From positions 1 through 52,115 of the forward strand of contig CAYZFR010000002.1 in NCBI GenBank assembly GCA_964477875.1: a DNA stretch of 52,115 bases, written 5' to 3'. The notes under the pieces are model-generated. The model searched no databases. It was not told where the DNA came from and saw nothing but the letters and a program-made list of their open reading frames with translations. This document shows, one piece after another, positions 43,456 through 52,115 of the stretch (the stretch's first letter is position 1; every line of letters starts with the position of its first letter). A program made the position numbers and the translations under genes. The DNA is from an uncultured Myxococcales bacterium (GTDB lineage: Bacteria; Myxococcota; Kuafuiibacteriia; Kuafuiibacteriales; Kuafuiibacteriaceae).

Positions 43456-44220
43456 ATGGATGCTGCAATCACCGGTTACGTGGACATCGCTCAGATCGTC
43501 CTCTACATCTTCTGGATCTTTTTCTTCGGGCTCGTCTGGTACATTCGCCGGACCGATCGCCGAGAAGGCTACCCCGTCGAGTACGAGGCGCGAGAGGCCT
43601 ACGGCTCGACCGGCTTCTTCTGGATGGCCAAGCCAATGGAGTACGTACTGCCCCACGGCCACGGCTCCTACTTCGCGCCCAACGACAAACGCGACGACCG
43701 TCCCATCGCAGCCGAGCCGGTCGCCAAGACCCCCGGCGCCCCCCTCGAGCCCACCGGTGATCCGATGGTCGACGGGGTCGGCCCCGCCTCCTATGTGGAC
43801 AGAGACGAGCGCCCCGAGCTGACCCGAGAGGGCGACTTGCTGATCGTCCCCATGCGCGTCGCCACCGACTACGAAATCTTCAAGCCCTCGAAGGACGTGC
43901 GAGGCTTCGACGTCCTCGCCAACGACAAAAAGAAGGTCGGTACCGTCAAGGACATCTGGGTCGACCGAGCAGACCAGATGGTTCGCTACCTCGAAGTCGA
44001 GCTCGAAGGGGGCGCCGGTTCCCGGCTCATCCCGATGTTCTCGGCCGTGGTCAGAGAGGATTGCGTGACCGTCGCTTCGCTCAAGTCCGAGCACTTTCCG
44101 AAGATCCCGACTCTCTCCAACCCCGACCAAGTGGGGGTGCGGGAGGAAGACCAGATCATGGCGTTCTACGCCGGTGGTCGGATGTACGCGACGACGTACG
44201 GATACGGACCGCTGGTATGA
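43456..44220 (+). CDS. puhA: Reaction-centre H subunit
   Basis: 254 aa. N-terminal TM helix (IAQIVLYIFWIFFFGLVWYI), a PRC-barrel-like C-domain and ..IVPMRVATDY.. . It is the in-frame tail of a spurious 752-aa track ORF. Confidence 0.9.
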   Translation: MDAAITGYVDIAQIVLYIFWIFFFGLVWYIRRTDRREGYPVEYEAREAYGSTGFFWMAKPMEYVLPHGHGSYFAPNDKRDDRPIAAEPVAKTPGAPLEPTGDPMVDGVGPASYVDRDERPELTREGDLLIVPMRVATDYEIFKPSKDVRGFDVLANDKKKVGTVKDIWVDRADQMVRYLEVELEGGAGSRLIPMFSAVVREDCVTVASLKSEHFPKIPTLSNPDQVGVREEDQIMAFYAGGRMYATTYGYGPLV

Positions 44221-44891
44221 GCGAGCTGGACTTCGAGCCCGTCCGCGGCCTGCCCCAGCAGCTTCCCGAGGGAGAGAGGGTCCTGTGGCAGGGGGAGCCC
44301 AACGGTCGCGCCTTGGCCCGACGGGTGTTTCACGCCCGAAAGGTGGCGATTTACTTCGGAGTTTTGGTGGTGGCGCGCCTCGGCTTCGGGATCCAGGAGG
44401 GCCTCGGCTCGGCGCTGGGTTCGGCCGCCTTTGTCGGTGGGCTCGGGCTGATGTGCGTCGGGATCCTCGCTTTGATGGCGCGACTCCACGTCCGTACGAC
44501 GGTCTACACCCTCACCAACCGGCGAATCGTCATTCGCTACGGCATCGCCTTTCCCATGACGGTGAACGTGCCCTTCACCCAGGTTCGCAACGCCTCTGTG
44601 AAGCTGCTCGAGGACGGGACGGCGGAGATCCCGCTGGAGCCCATCGAGCCCCCGCCGATCGGGGTGCTCTTTTTATGGCCCCATTGCCGGCCCTGGCACT
44701 GGAAGCGTCCTCAGCCCATGCTCCGCTGCCTCCCCAACGGGGCCCAGGTGGTCGAGAAGCTTCGGGCGGCCCTCCAGGACCATGCCGAAGCTGACGCGCC
44801 CCAGGCCGCCGCAGCCCCGGCCAAGGCTCGACCGACCCCGACCGCGGAGGCCGTGCCGCAGAGGACCCGCGGGCAAGAGGCCCCGGCGTGA
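44217..44891 (+). CDS. puhB: Photosynthetic complex assembly protein PuhB
   Basis: About 224 aa from ATG 44217 (ATGA overlap with puhA). Contains ..LPEGERVLWQGEPN.. , two TM helices and a YTLTNRRIVIRYGIA (bPH-like) segment. Confidence 0.75.
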   Translation: MSELDFEPVRGLPQQLPEGERVLWQGEPNGRALARRVFHARKVAIYFGVLVVARLGFGIQEGLGSALGSAAFVGGLGLMCVGILALMARLHVRTTVYTLTNRRIVIRYGIAFPMTVNVPFTQVRNASVKLLEDGTAEIPLEPIEPPPIGVLFLWPHCRPWHWKRPQPMLRCLPNGAQVVEKLRAALQDHAEADAPQAAAAPAKARPTPTAEAVPQRTRGQEAPA

Positions 44892-45355
44892 CCGGCCATC
44901 ACCACGACCATGTCCAGGTCCCGCGCTGGGTCCTGATCGTGACCGGTGTGCTCATCGTGGTGACCTTTGCCTTCGCCATCTTCTCTCGCACCACGGGCTA
45001 TGGGCGCACCGAGATGCCGGAGGCCAAGGTCGTGGAGAAGCGCAGCCTGCTCTTCGAGCGCACCCCAGGGGACGTCATCGAAGTGCGCGATCACGCCACC
45101 GGCAATGTCCTCGCCAGCGCCCAGCCAGGCGAAGAGGGCTTCCTGCGCGGCTTGCTCAGGGCACTGGACCGCGGTCGCAAGCTGGAGTCCATGCCGCTCG
45201 ACGCGCCCTACGACCTGATCCGCTGGTCGGACGGGCGACTGTCTCTGTACGATCCGACGATCGACGGGACGATCGAGCTCGACGTCTTCGGAAAAGACAA
45301 CGTGGCTCTATTCGTGCGCCTCCTGGATGCACCGATCAGGCACGCAAGAGGATGA
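44888..45355 (+). CDS. puhC: Photosynthetic complex assembly protein PuhC
   Basis: 155 aa. GTGA overlap with puhB. Single TM helix then a soluble domain (..DAPYDLIRWSDGRLSLYDPTIDGTIEL..). Confidence 0.75.
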   Translation: MTGHHHDHVQVPRWVLIVTGVLIVVTFAFAIFSRTTGYGRTEMPEAKVVEKRSLLFERTPGDVIEVRDHATGNVLASAQPGEEGFLRGLLRALDRGRKLESMPLDAPYDLIRWSDGRLSLYDPTIDGTIELDVFGKDNVALFVRLLDAPIRHARG

Positions 45356-45648
45356 ACATGATACCAAAGCGACGGATTACCACCGACTGCACGGTCCGGA
45401 TCGACCACACCTTCGAGAATCTGGGGGCCCACGTCGACCTCAACGGACTTCAGGCCGAGCCGGGCGACGAAATCCTGGTACACGGACCACCGCCGTGCCC
45501 GCCCTACGGGCAGACGGTGACGACGCGCTGTCGCGCCACCCTCATTCGGGCGTGGCCGTGGGAGCGCCTATGGAGCCGTCTGACCGGCAACCTCGAAGCG
45601 ATGGAGCTGCTCGACGTGAGCTTCACCGACGAACAACTAAGGAGCTGA
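45352..45648 (+). CDS. Small conserved-position ORF between puhC and acsF (hypothetical)
   Basis: 98 aa. ATGA overlap with the puhC stop. The acsF RBS (AAGGAG) lies in its 3' end. It occupies the small-ORF slot seen before acsF in other PGCs. Confidence 0.5.
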   Translation: MNMIPKRRITTDCTVRIDHTFENLGAHVDLNGLQAEPGDEILVHGPPPCPPYGQTVTTRCRATLIRAWPWERLWSRLTGNLEAMELLDVSFTDEQLRS

Positions 45649-45653
45649 ACATC

Positions 45654-46706
45654 ATGAGCGCAGAAAGCATCAACCAGACCACCCGCTTGGCCCAGCAGAC
45701 CACAACGCTGAGCCCACGTTTCTACACCACCGACTTCGACGCCCTGGATCGCATCGACGTCACCCCGGTGCGCGCCGAGTGGGACGCCCTCATCGAGGAG
45801 CTCGAGAACGATCCGAACCGCAATCACTTCAAGCGAGGCGACAAATGGGACCTCGATCTGTCGCGCATCGACGGCAAGCTGAGAGAAGAGTTCCTGGACT
45901 TTCTGGTCAGCTCCCTGACCGCCGAGTTCTCGGGATGCGTCCTCTACGCCGAGATGCGAAAGCGGGGCACCAACAAGGAGATTTGTCGGCTCTTCGGCTG
46001 CATGAGCCGGGACGAGTCACGCCACGCCGGCTTCATCAACGATGCGCTGCGGGACTTCGGCGTCGAGGTCGACCTCGCCTTCTTGACCAAGAAGAAGAAG
46101 TACACCTTCTTCTCGCCCAAGTTCATCTTCTACGCGACCTACCTGTCGGAGAAGATCGGCTACGCCCGCTACATCACGATCTTCCGCCACCTAGAGAAGC
46201 ATCCGGAGCTTCGGTTCCATCCGCTCTTCAAGTGGTTCGAGCAGTGGTGCAACGACGAGTTCAAGCACGGGGAGGCCTTCGCCCTGTTGATGCGAGCCAA
46301 CCCGAAGCTGCTCTCAGGCCTGAACCGGCTCTGGATCCGCTTCTTCCAGCTCGCCGTCTTCGCCACCATGTTCGTGCGGGATCACAATCGCCCCGCCTTC
46401 CACCAGGCGCTGAACCTGGACCCGACCGAGTATGGGCTGGAGGTCTTCCGAAAGACGGTGAACATCTCTCGCCAGGTCTTCCCGATCCTACTCGACGTGG
46501 AGTCCGAAGGCTTCAAGGCCGACCTCATGCGCATGGTTGCCATCTCGGAGGGTATTCAAGCCGCGAAAAAGACCGGCGGCGTGGTGGGATTCGCCAAGAC
46601 GGCGTGGCTTCGGGCCAAAGCGGTCTGGACCTTTGGCCGCATGTATCTGCGACGCCCGGTGATCAACGAGCTCCCGGCGCGCAGCCGCCTGCAGCCCTCC
46701 TACTGA
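45654..46706 (+). CDS. acsF: Aerobic Mg-protoporphyrin IX monomethyl ester oxidative cyclase
   Basis: 350 aa from ATG 45654. Contains ..LSPRFYTTDFDALDRIDV.. and di-iron carboxylate motifs (..EFSGCVLYAE.., ..SRDESRHAGF.., ..NDEFKHGEAF..). Confidence 0.9.
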   Translation: MSAESINQTTRLAQQTTTLSPRFYTTDFDALDRIDVTPVRAEWDALIEELENDPNRNHFKRGDKWDLDLSRIDGKLREEFLDFLVSSLTAEFSGCVLYAEMRKRGTNKEICRLFGCMSRDESRHAGFINDALRDFGVEVDLAFLTKKKKYTFFSPKFIFYATYLSEKIGYARYITIFRHLEKHPELRFHPLFKWFEQWCNDEFKHGEAFALLMRANPKLLSGLNRLWIRFFQLAVFATMFVRDHNRPAFHQALNLDPTEYGLEVFRKTVNISRQVFPILLDVESEGFKADLMRMVAISEGIQAAKKTGGVVGFAKTAWLRAKAVWTFGRMYLRRPVINELPARSRLQPSY

Positions 46707-46722
46707 AAGAGGACACTTTCGC

Positions 46723-47487
46723 ATGACCCCAGTCCTCGCCATCGGCTTCTGTGTGTTCGTCTGGTGGTTCGGCACCGGGGCGCTGCTGTGGGCCCAGCAC
46801 CGGCGCCAAGCGGGCTTAGTCCTGGGCGTCATGACCGCGGTGGCGATGGCCTCGGTCCTGGGGCTGGTGTGGACCGTCCACGACCCGAGCCCGAGGGGGG
46901 CCTACATGGCCTTCTGTTCAGCCATCGGGGTGTGGGCCTGGCACGAGCTCCTGTTTCTGAAGGGGTGGCTGACCGGCCCGCGCCGCGAGCCCTGCCCCGC
47001 TCGAGCGTCGGGTTGGCGTCGCTTTCGATTCGCCTTGGAGGTGGTGCTCCACCACGAGCTGGCCCTGGCGGCCACTGTGCTCGCATTGGTCGCTGGGACC
47101 TGGGGCGCTCCCAACCAGGTCGGGGTGGCCAGCTTCGTGGTCCTCTGGGTCATGCGACTCAGCGCCAAGCTGAACGTCTTTCTGGGGGTCCGGAACCTGG
47201 CCGTCGACTTCCTCCCCGACGAGCTCGATTACATCCCCAGCTACTTCCGCCAAGCCCCCATGAACCCCTTGATGCCGTGGTCGCTGCTCCTCGGGAGCTT
47301 GGCCCTGAGCTGGTTCACCGGCCTGGCGACCACCCGGACCGGGTTCGAGGCCGTGGGCGCGACCCTGGTCGGGACCTTGCTGGGCTTGGCGCTCCTCGAG
47401 CACCTGTTCCTGGTCCTCCCGGTTCCCGACGCGATCTTGTGGCGCTGGCTGATAAGGCGCCCCAAGCAGGCGCAGGGCGAAGTCTGA
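46723..47487 (+). CDS. puhE: Photosynthetic complex assembly protein PuhE
   Basis: 254 aa with about 7 TM helices. Position after acsF. Contains ..WWFGTGALLW.. and ..VLWVMRLSAKLNVFLGVRN.. . Confidence 0.8.
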   Translation: MTPVLAIGFCVFVWWFGTGALLWAQHRRQAGLVLGVMTAVAMASVLGLVWTVHDPSPRGAYMAFCSAIGVWAWHELLFLKGWLTGPRREPCPARASGWRRFRFALEVVLHHELALAATVLALVAGTWGAPNQVGVASFVVLWVMRLSAKLNVFLGVRNLAVDFLPDELDYIPSYFRQAPMNPLMPWSLLLGSLALSWFTGLATTRTGFEAVGATLVGTLLGLALLEHLFLVLPVPDAILWRWLIRRPKQAQGEV

Positions 47488-47544
47488 AGGGAACTTCGCG
47501 CTGCGGCGTCCCTCCGCGGGCCCCTTCTTCCTACGCGGCTACGG

Positions 47545-47820
47545 TCAGCGACCGTCGAAGACAACCCGGCGCTGGCGCTCGAGCAGGTCGATCAAGGCCT
47601 CGCGCGTCTCGGGGACCGGAACGGGCTCTAGCTCGGCTGGCTGGATGACCTGAACCACTCGGCTGTCTCCGGCCGGCAAGGGCGTGCTGGCCGCCAAACC
47701 TGCCACCCGTGGCGCCGAAGTCTCACCTCCGAGCATCATCGCCACCTGTGCGAGGAAGAACAGCAAGGTCGCGAACGCCGGTGACAGAAACCAGACGCGG
47801 GACGGACGCACTCCCGACAT
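47545..47820 (-). CDS. Hypothetical protein with N-terminal hydrophobic anchor
   Basis: 91 aa. High third-position GC consistent with coding. N-terminal helix FLSPAFATLLFFLAQVAMML. No family recognised. Confidence 0.35.
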   Translation of the reverse strand: MSGVRPSRVWFLSPAFATLLFFLAQVAMMLGGETSAPRVAGLAASTPLPAGDSRVVQVIQPAELEPVPVPETREALIDLLERQRRVVFDGR

Positions 47821-48045
47821 GCCGGCGTAATCTAGAGCACGAAATTCGTAGGTGCCAAGGGCGGAAACGCCCCACCGGAGCCATTTTCGACATCTTCGTG
47901 ACGCAGCGCGCCGTCAATTTCCGAACGCCGGATCCCCATCGCGGAATACACGTCGAGTGGGCGGGGGGAGGAGATCGGACAATGGTTGCCGGGGGTAAGG
48001 CCGGCTAACTTCGTGAGCCCCGGAGGTAGGCCGGAAAACGGACGC

Positions 48046-49983
48046 TCAGCTGTTGTTGAGGGCCTGGTCCACGAGGGTTTTGAACTTGCTGTAGGGCTGG
48101 GCCCCGGAGACGAGCTGGCCGTTGATGAACGTGGCCGGGGTCCCGCGGACGCCGACCTTTTGCCCCTCGGCCATGTCTCGAGCGACCCACTTGGCGAGGG
48201 TCGGATCGTCGAGGTCCTTCTTGAACTTCGACACGTTGAGGCCGAGCTCCTTGGCGTAGCCCACGAGGTCGTCCCGCTTCAGGGACTTTTGGTTGTCGAA
48301 CAACAGCTCGTGCATCTCCCAGAACTTGCCCTGCCGATGAGCGGCCAAGCTTGCGATGGCGGCCGGCTTGGCGTCCTCGTGGAAGGACAGCGGGAAGTGC
48401 TTGAAGGCGACTACGACCTTCTTTCCGTATTCCTCCTGCAGCTTCTCGATGCTGGGGTTGACGCGGCTGCAGAAGGGGCACTGAAAATCCGAGTACATCA
48501 CGACCTTCACCGGCGCCTTTGGGTCGCCTTGAACCGGGGCTTTGCCGATCTCGATGTCGACCGGCTTGCTCGGCGCCGGGGGCGCCTTGGCCTGGGGTGA
48601 GGGCGCTTCGGCCAGGACCTTCTCGTAGACGTTGGATCGGCTGGCGCCGCTCTTCATCAGCTTTTTGGCCAGGGCGAGCTCCTCGTCGATGACGGCCTTG
48701 ACCCTTGGATAGGGCTGCGCGCCTCGAATCGGGGTGCCGTTCACGAACAGCGTCGGGGTGCCACGGGCGCCGTATTTGCGCGCATCGGCCTGGTCTTTCT
48801 CGATGACCTTGGCGATGGCGGGGGCCGCCATGTCCTTCTCGAAGCGGTCGAGGTCGAGACCGACCTGCTTCGCATAGCCCTTGAGCTGGTCTTCGCTGAG
48901 CGCTCGCTGGTTCTGAAAAAGCACGTCGTGCATCTCCCAGAACTTGCCCTGCTCGTGGGCCGCGAGGGCCGCCTTGGCAGCGGGCAGGGCCTGCTTGTGG
49001 AAAGACAGGGGCTGGTTCCGGAAGCGGACCTGAAGGTCGTCACCATACTCCTTCAGGGCGCGATCCAGGCTCGGATTGACGCGAGAGCAGTAGGGGCACT
49101 GAAAGTCCGAGAACTCGACGATGGTCACGAGGGGCTTCTCTCCGCCTTTCGCGGGGGTGCCATCGACCAGCGCCACCTTCTGGCGGGTATCCGGCGGAGC
49201 CTTTCGACGCTTCTGAGCCTCGGGCTTGGGGGCGGGGGTGGTCCGCCCATCGGCGATGAGGGCGGCGTAGACCTCGTCCTCGTCGGTCCCCTCGGACACC
49301 AGGGCCTTGGCCGCCGCCAGGCGCTCGTCGATGACCTTCTTGAAGGCATTGAAGGGCTGGGCCCCGGACAGCTTGACGCCGTTGATGAAGAAGGCCGGAG
49401 TGCCGCCGGCGCCGATCTGTCGGGCGAGCTTCTGGTCTTGGGCGATGGCCTTCTTGCCGGCCCCGGACTCGATGAAGGTGTGGACCTTGCCCATGTCGAG
49501 CCCGAGGGACTTGGCGTAGCCCTCCAGGTCGTCCTTCTTCAGCTGCTTCTGGTTGGCGAAGACCTTGTCGTGCATCTTCCAGAACTTGCCCTGCTCGCCG
49601 GCCGCGAGGACGTACTCCGAGGCGAGCGGAGCGTCTTTATGGAAGGGCAGCGGGTTGTGCTTGAAGACGAAGCGGACGTCGTCGCCGTAGGTCTTCTGGA
49701 TCTGGGTAAGGGTCGGGTTGACCCGGTTGCAGAACGGGCACTGGAAGTCCGAAAACTCGACGATGGTCACCAGGGCGTCCTTGGGACCCTTCCGGTGGCT
49801 GTTGCCGAGAGGGACCTTGTAGACCTCCGCGTCCGAATCGCCTTTCTCGGCGGTCGGGCCGTCGGCGACGGGGGGGCGCTTACCCGCTTGCTGGGAGTCT
49901 TGGGCGTCTCGGACCGCGTATCCGACAGCGCCACCGATGGCGCCCACGACCAAAAATCCGACGATGGTTGCTCCATTTTTCAT
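48046..49983 (-). CDS. Membrane-anchored protein with three tandem DsbA-like thioredoxin domains
   Basis: 645 aa. N-terminal TM helix. Three repeats of ..VTIVEFSDFQCP[FY]C[NS]RVNP..QGKFW[KE]MH..G(T)P..F(I/V)NG..SGAQP.. with CxxC at aa 82-85, 296-299 and 502-505. Confidence 0.8.
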   Translation of the reverse strand: MKNGATIVGFLVVGAIGGAVGYAVRDAQDSQQAGKRPPVADGPTAEKGDSDAEVYKVPLGNSHRKGPKDALVTIVEFSDFQCPFCNRVNPTLTQIQKTYGDDVRFVFKHNPLPFHKDAPLASEYVLAAGEQGKFWKMHDKVFANQKQLKKDDLEGYAKSLGLDMGKVHTFIESGAGKKAIAQDQKLARQIGAGGTPAFFINGVKLSGAQPFNAFKKVIDERLAAAKALVSEGTDEDEVYAALIADGRTTPAPKPEAQKRRKAPPDTRQKVALVDGTPAKGGEKPLVTIVEFSDFQCPYCSRVNPSLDRALKEYGDDLQVRFRNQPLSFHKQALPAAKAALAAHEQGKFWEMHDVLFQNQRALSEDQLKGYAKQVGLDLDRFEKDMAAPAIAKVIEKDQADARKYGARGTPTLFVNGTPIRGAQPYPRVKAVIDEELALAKKLMKSGASRSNVYEKVLAEAPSPQAKAPPAPSKPVDIEIGKAPVQGDPKAPVKVVMYSDFQCPFCSRVNPSIEKLQEEYGKKVVVAFKHFPLSFHEDAKPAAIASLAAHRQGKFWEMHELLFDNQKSLKRDDLVGYAKELGLNVSKFKKDLDDPTLAKWVARDMAEGQKVGVRGTPATFINGQLVSGAQPYSKFKTLVDQALNNS

Positions 49984-50145
49984 GCTGCTTGGCTCCTGAG
50001 TGGAGGGCCGCCGGTACGGCCACTATCGACATCCCGTAACACATGTCGCCTCGACCATGTTTCGATTTGGGTGAGTTTGACGGCCTAGGCGTTGTGCCTA
50101 AGCTCCCTCGCGACCCCGGCAAAGGGGCAGATAGGAAGGGCTCGC

Positions 50146-52065
50146 ATGGGAAAGAAAGTCATCGGAATCGACCTGGGAACGACCAACTCCGTCGTCTCCA
50201 TCATGGAAGGCGGAGAGACAAAGGTCCTGGTCAACGAGGAGGGTCACCGAACCACCCCCTCCGTCGTGGCATGGACCGAAAAGGGTGAAACCCTAGTCGG
50301 CCAAACCGCAAGGCGGCAGGCCATCACCAATGCTGAGAACACCGTCTACTCGGTGAAGCGCTTCATGGGGATGAAGTTCGATGACGTCCAGGAGGAGGCC
50401 AAGCGCGTCCCCTACCAGGTCGCCAAGTCGGACAACGGAGACGCCCACGTCACCATCCGGGGCAAGGGCTATTCACCGCCGGAGGTCTCCGCCAAGGTGC
50501 TGCAGAAGCTCAAGCGGGCCGCCGAGTCCCAGCTGGGCGAGGAGGTGACGGAGGCCGTCATCACCGTCCCCGCCTACTTCAACGATTCCCAGCGCCAAGC
50601 GACCAAGGACGCCGGCCGCATCGCCGGCCTCAACGTCCAGCGGATCATCAACGAGCCGACCGCGGCTGCCCTCGCCTACGGCCTCGACCGAAAGAACAAC
50701 GAGATCATCGCCGTATACGACTTCGGCGGCGGGACCTTCGACATCTCCATCCTCGAGGTCGGCGACGGTGTGGTCGAGGTCATCTCGACCAACGGCGACA
50801 CCCACCTCGGCGGCGACGACTTCGACGCCGTCATCATGAAGTGGCTGACCGACGAGTTCCGGAAGGACACGGGCATCGACATCTCCAACGACAAGATGGT
50901 GATGCAGCGTCTCAAGGACGCGGCGGAGAAGGCCAAGATCGAGCTCTCGAGCGCCTTCGAGACCGAGGTCAACCTTCCCTTCCTCACCGCCGACGCCAGC
51001 GGTCCGAAGCACATGCAGCTCAAACTGTCCCGAGCCAAGTTCGAGGCCCTGGTCGGTGAGCTGGTCTCGCGGTCCTTCCAATCGGTGAAGAAGGCCCTCG
51101 ACGACGCCAAGAAATCGCCGCGAGAGATCGACGAGATCGTCCTCGTCGGTGGTTCGACCCGAATCCCCCTCATCCAGGAAGAGGTGAAGAAGTTCTTCGG
51201 CAAAGAGCCCAACCGCTCGGTCAATCCGGACGAGGTGGTCGCCATGGGCGCCGCCATTCAGGGTGGCGTCCTGACGGGCGAAGCGAAGGACATCGTCCTC
51301 CTCGACGTCACCCCCCTCTCTCTCGGCATCGAGACTCTGGGCGGCGTCTTCACGCCCCTCATCCCGCGGAACACGACCATCCCCACGACGAAATCGGAGG
51401 TTTTCTCCACCGCGCAGGACAATCAGCCCCAGGTCGAGGTCCACGTCATGCAGGGCGAGCGGAAAATGGCGAACGACAACAAGACCCTCGGAAAGTTCGT
51501 CCTCAGCGGGATCCCACCGGCGCCTCGGGGCGTGCCCCAGATCGAGGTGACGTTCGACATCGACGCCAACGGCATCGTGAAGGTCTCGGCGAAGGACAAG
51601 GCCACGAACCAGGAGCAGTCGATCCGCATCGAAGCCCAGTCGGGGCTGAGCGAAGACGAGATCAACCGCATGGTCGAGGAGGCCCAGGCCAACGAAAAGG
51701 CCGACGAAGAGCGGCGTGAGCTCGTCGAGCGCAAGAACCGCCTGGACCAGCTCGTCTACCAGGTCGAAAAGACCATGAACGAGTCCAAGGACAAGCTCCC
51801 CGTCGAGCTCGGCCAGGAGGTCTCGACCGCGGTCGAAGAGGCCCGGGAAGCGCTCAAAAAGGAGGAGCCCACGGCATGGGACGCCGCGGAGGAGAAGCTC
51901 AAGGCGGCCTCGCAGAAAATGGCCGAGCACCTCTACAAGTCGACCAGCGAGGCCGGCGGGCCTCCCGAGGGCGGTGGTCCCTCCGCCGGTGGGGGCGACG
52001 GCGGCGAGGAGTCCAAGAAGAAGGACGACGACGTCATCGACGCCGACTGGTCCGAGGCCAACTAG
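50146..52065 (+). CDS. dnaK: Molecular chaperone DnaK (Hsp70)
   Basis: 639 aa from ATG 50146: [15 protein letters not shown].., ..DLGGGTFD-type segment ([13 protein letters not shown]), ..[10 protein letters not shown].. . The 18 upstream codons of the track ORF are rejected. Confidence 0.95.
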   Translation: MGKKVIGIDLGTTNSVVSIMEGGETKVLVNEEGHRTTPSVVAWTEKGETLVGQTARRQAITNAENTVYSVKRFMGMKFDDVQEEAKRVPYQVAKSDNGDAHVTIRGKGYSPPEVSAKVLQKLKRAAESQLGEEVTEAVITVPAYFNDSQRQATKDAGRIAGLNVQRIINEPTAAALAYGLDRKNNEIIAVYDFGGGTFDISILEVGDGVVEVISTNGDTHLGGDDFDAVIMKWLTDEFRKDTGIDISNDKMVMQRLKDAAEKAKIELSSAFETEVNLPFLTADASGPKHMQLKLSRAKFEALVGELVSRSFQSVKKALDDAKKSPREIDEIVLVGGSTRIPLIQEEVKKFFGKEPNRSVNPDEVVAMGAAIQGGVLTGEAKDIVLLDVTPLSLGIETLGGVFTPLIPRNTTIPTTKSEVFSTAQDNQPQVEVHVMQGERKMANDNKTLGKFVLSGIPPAPRGVPQIEVTFDIDANGIVKVSAKDKATNQEQSIRIEAQSGLSEDEINRMVEEAQANEKADEERRELVERKNRLDQLVYQVEKTMNESKDKLPVELGQEVSTAVEEAREALKKEEPTAWDAAEEKLKAASQKMAEHLYKSTSEAGGPPEGGGPSAGGGDGGEESKKKDDDVIDADWSEAN

Positions 52066-52115
52066 TGCCCTGAGTCAGCAAAACCTTGAAGAAGTCCGGC
52101 CGCCCTTCGCCCGAT

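Noticed and set aside
41962-44220. 752-aa ORF spanning lhaA and puhA
   Set aside because: Only the last 254 codons (43456-44220) encode a recognisable protein (PuhA). The upstream part is an out-of-frame read over lhaA with Arg/Pro/Gly-rich nonsense composition.
47821-48045. 225-nt lower-GC intergenic region, screened for tRNA, riboswitch or sRNA
   Set aside because: There is no cloverleaf-compatible structure, no B12-box or other riboswitch core that I recognise, and only weak 5-bp stems (for example GGGCG-gaaa-CGCCC at 47859-47872). It is probably the promoter/terminator space of the flanking minus-strand genes.
48046-49983. About 640-nt DNA periodicity that could be read as a tandem repeat or CRISPR-like array
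   Set aside because: The repeats are in-frame protein domains (three DsbA-like modules) that have diverged from one another. There are no short direct repeats with unique spacers.

Overview
High-GC window with no rRNA, tRNA, CRISPR array, transposase or integrase that I could recognise. About 45 kb (2.8-47.5 kb) is a near-complete purple-bacterial-type photosynthesis gene cluster (PGC) for a type-II reaction centre. It splits into two divergent blocks. The minus-strand block (33319 down to 2784) reads ppaA/aerR-ppsR-bchG-[PucC-like MFS::bchP fusion]-orf88-HiPIP-alpha/beta hydrolase-bchIDO-crtEF-bchCXYZ-pufQ-like-pufBALMC, followed by a complete Alternative Complex III operon (actABCDEF plus a lipoprotein cytochrome c). 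The plus-strand block (33430-47487) reads bchFNBHLM-lhaA-puhABC-orf98-acsF-puhE. Most gene junctions are 1-4 nt overlaps (ATGA, GTGA, TTGA). Flanking genes are a CBS-like gene tail, an MBL-fold hydrolase and a Wzy/O-antigen-ligase-like membrane protein on the left, and a small hypothetical, a membrane-anchored triple-DsbA protein and dnaK on the right. Main hypothesis: the locus encodes a self-contained, cytochrome-bc1-independent cyclic photosynthetic electron-transfer module. It would run RC-LH1, quinol, ACIII, then a Tat-exported lipid-tethered HiPIP and/or a lipoprotein cytochrome c, then tetrahaem PufC. Other points worth a second look: an in-frame fusion of the enigmatic PucC/LhaA-like protein to geranylgeranyl reductase BchP, LH1 polypeptides with long C-terminal tails, perfect TGT-N12-ACA (PpsR/CrtJ-type) operators upstream of bchC and crtE, and puf mRNA hairpins. 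Gene calls rest on my reading of the supplied translations (motifs, gene order, overlaps). No database search was possible, so family assignments are recognition-based. The many long alternative-frame ORFs in the track are high-GC artefacts.
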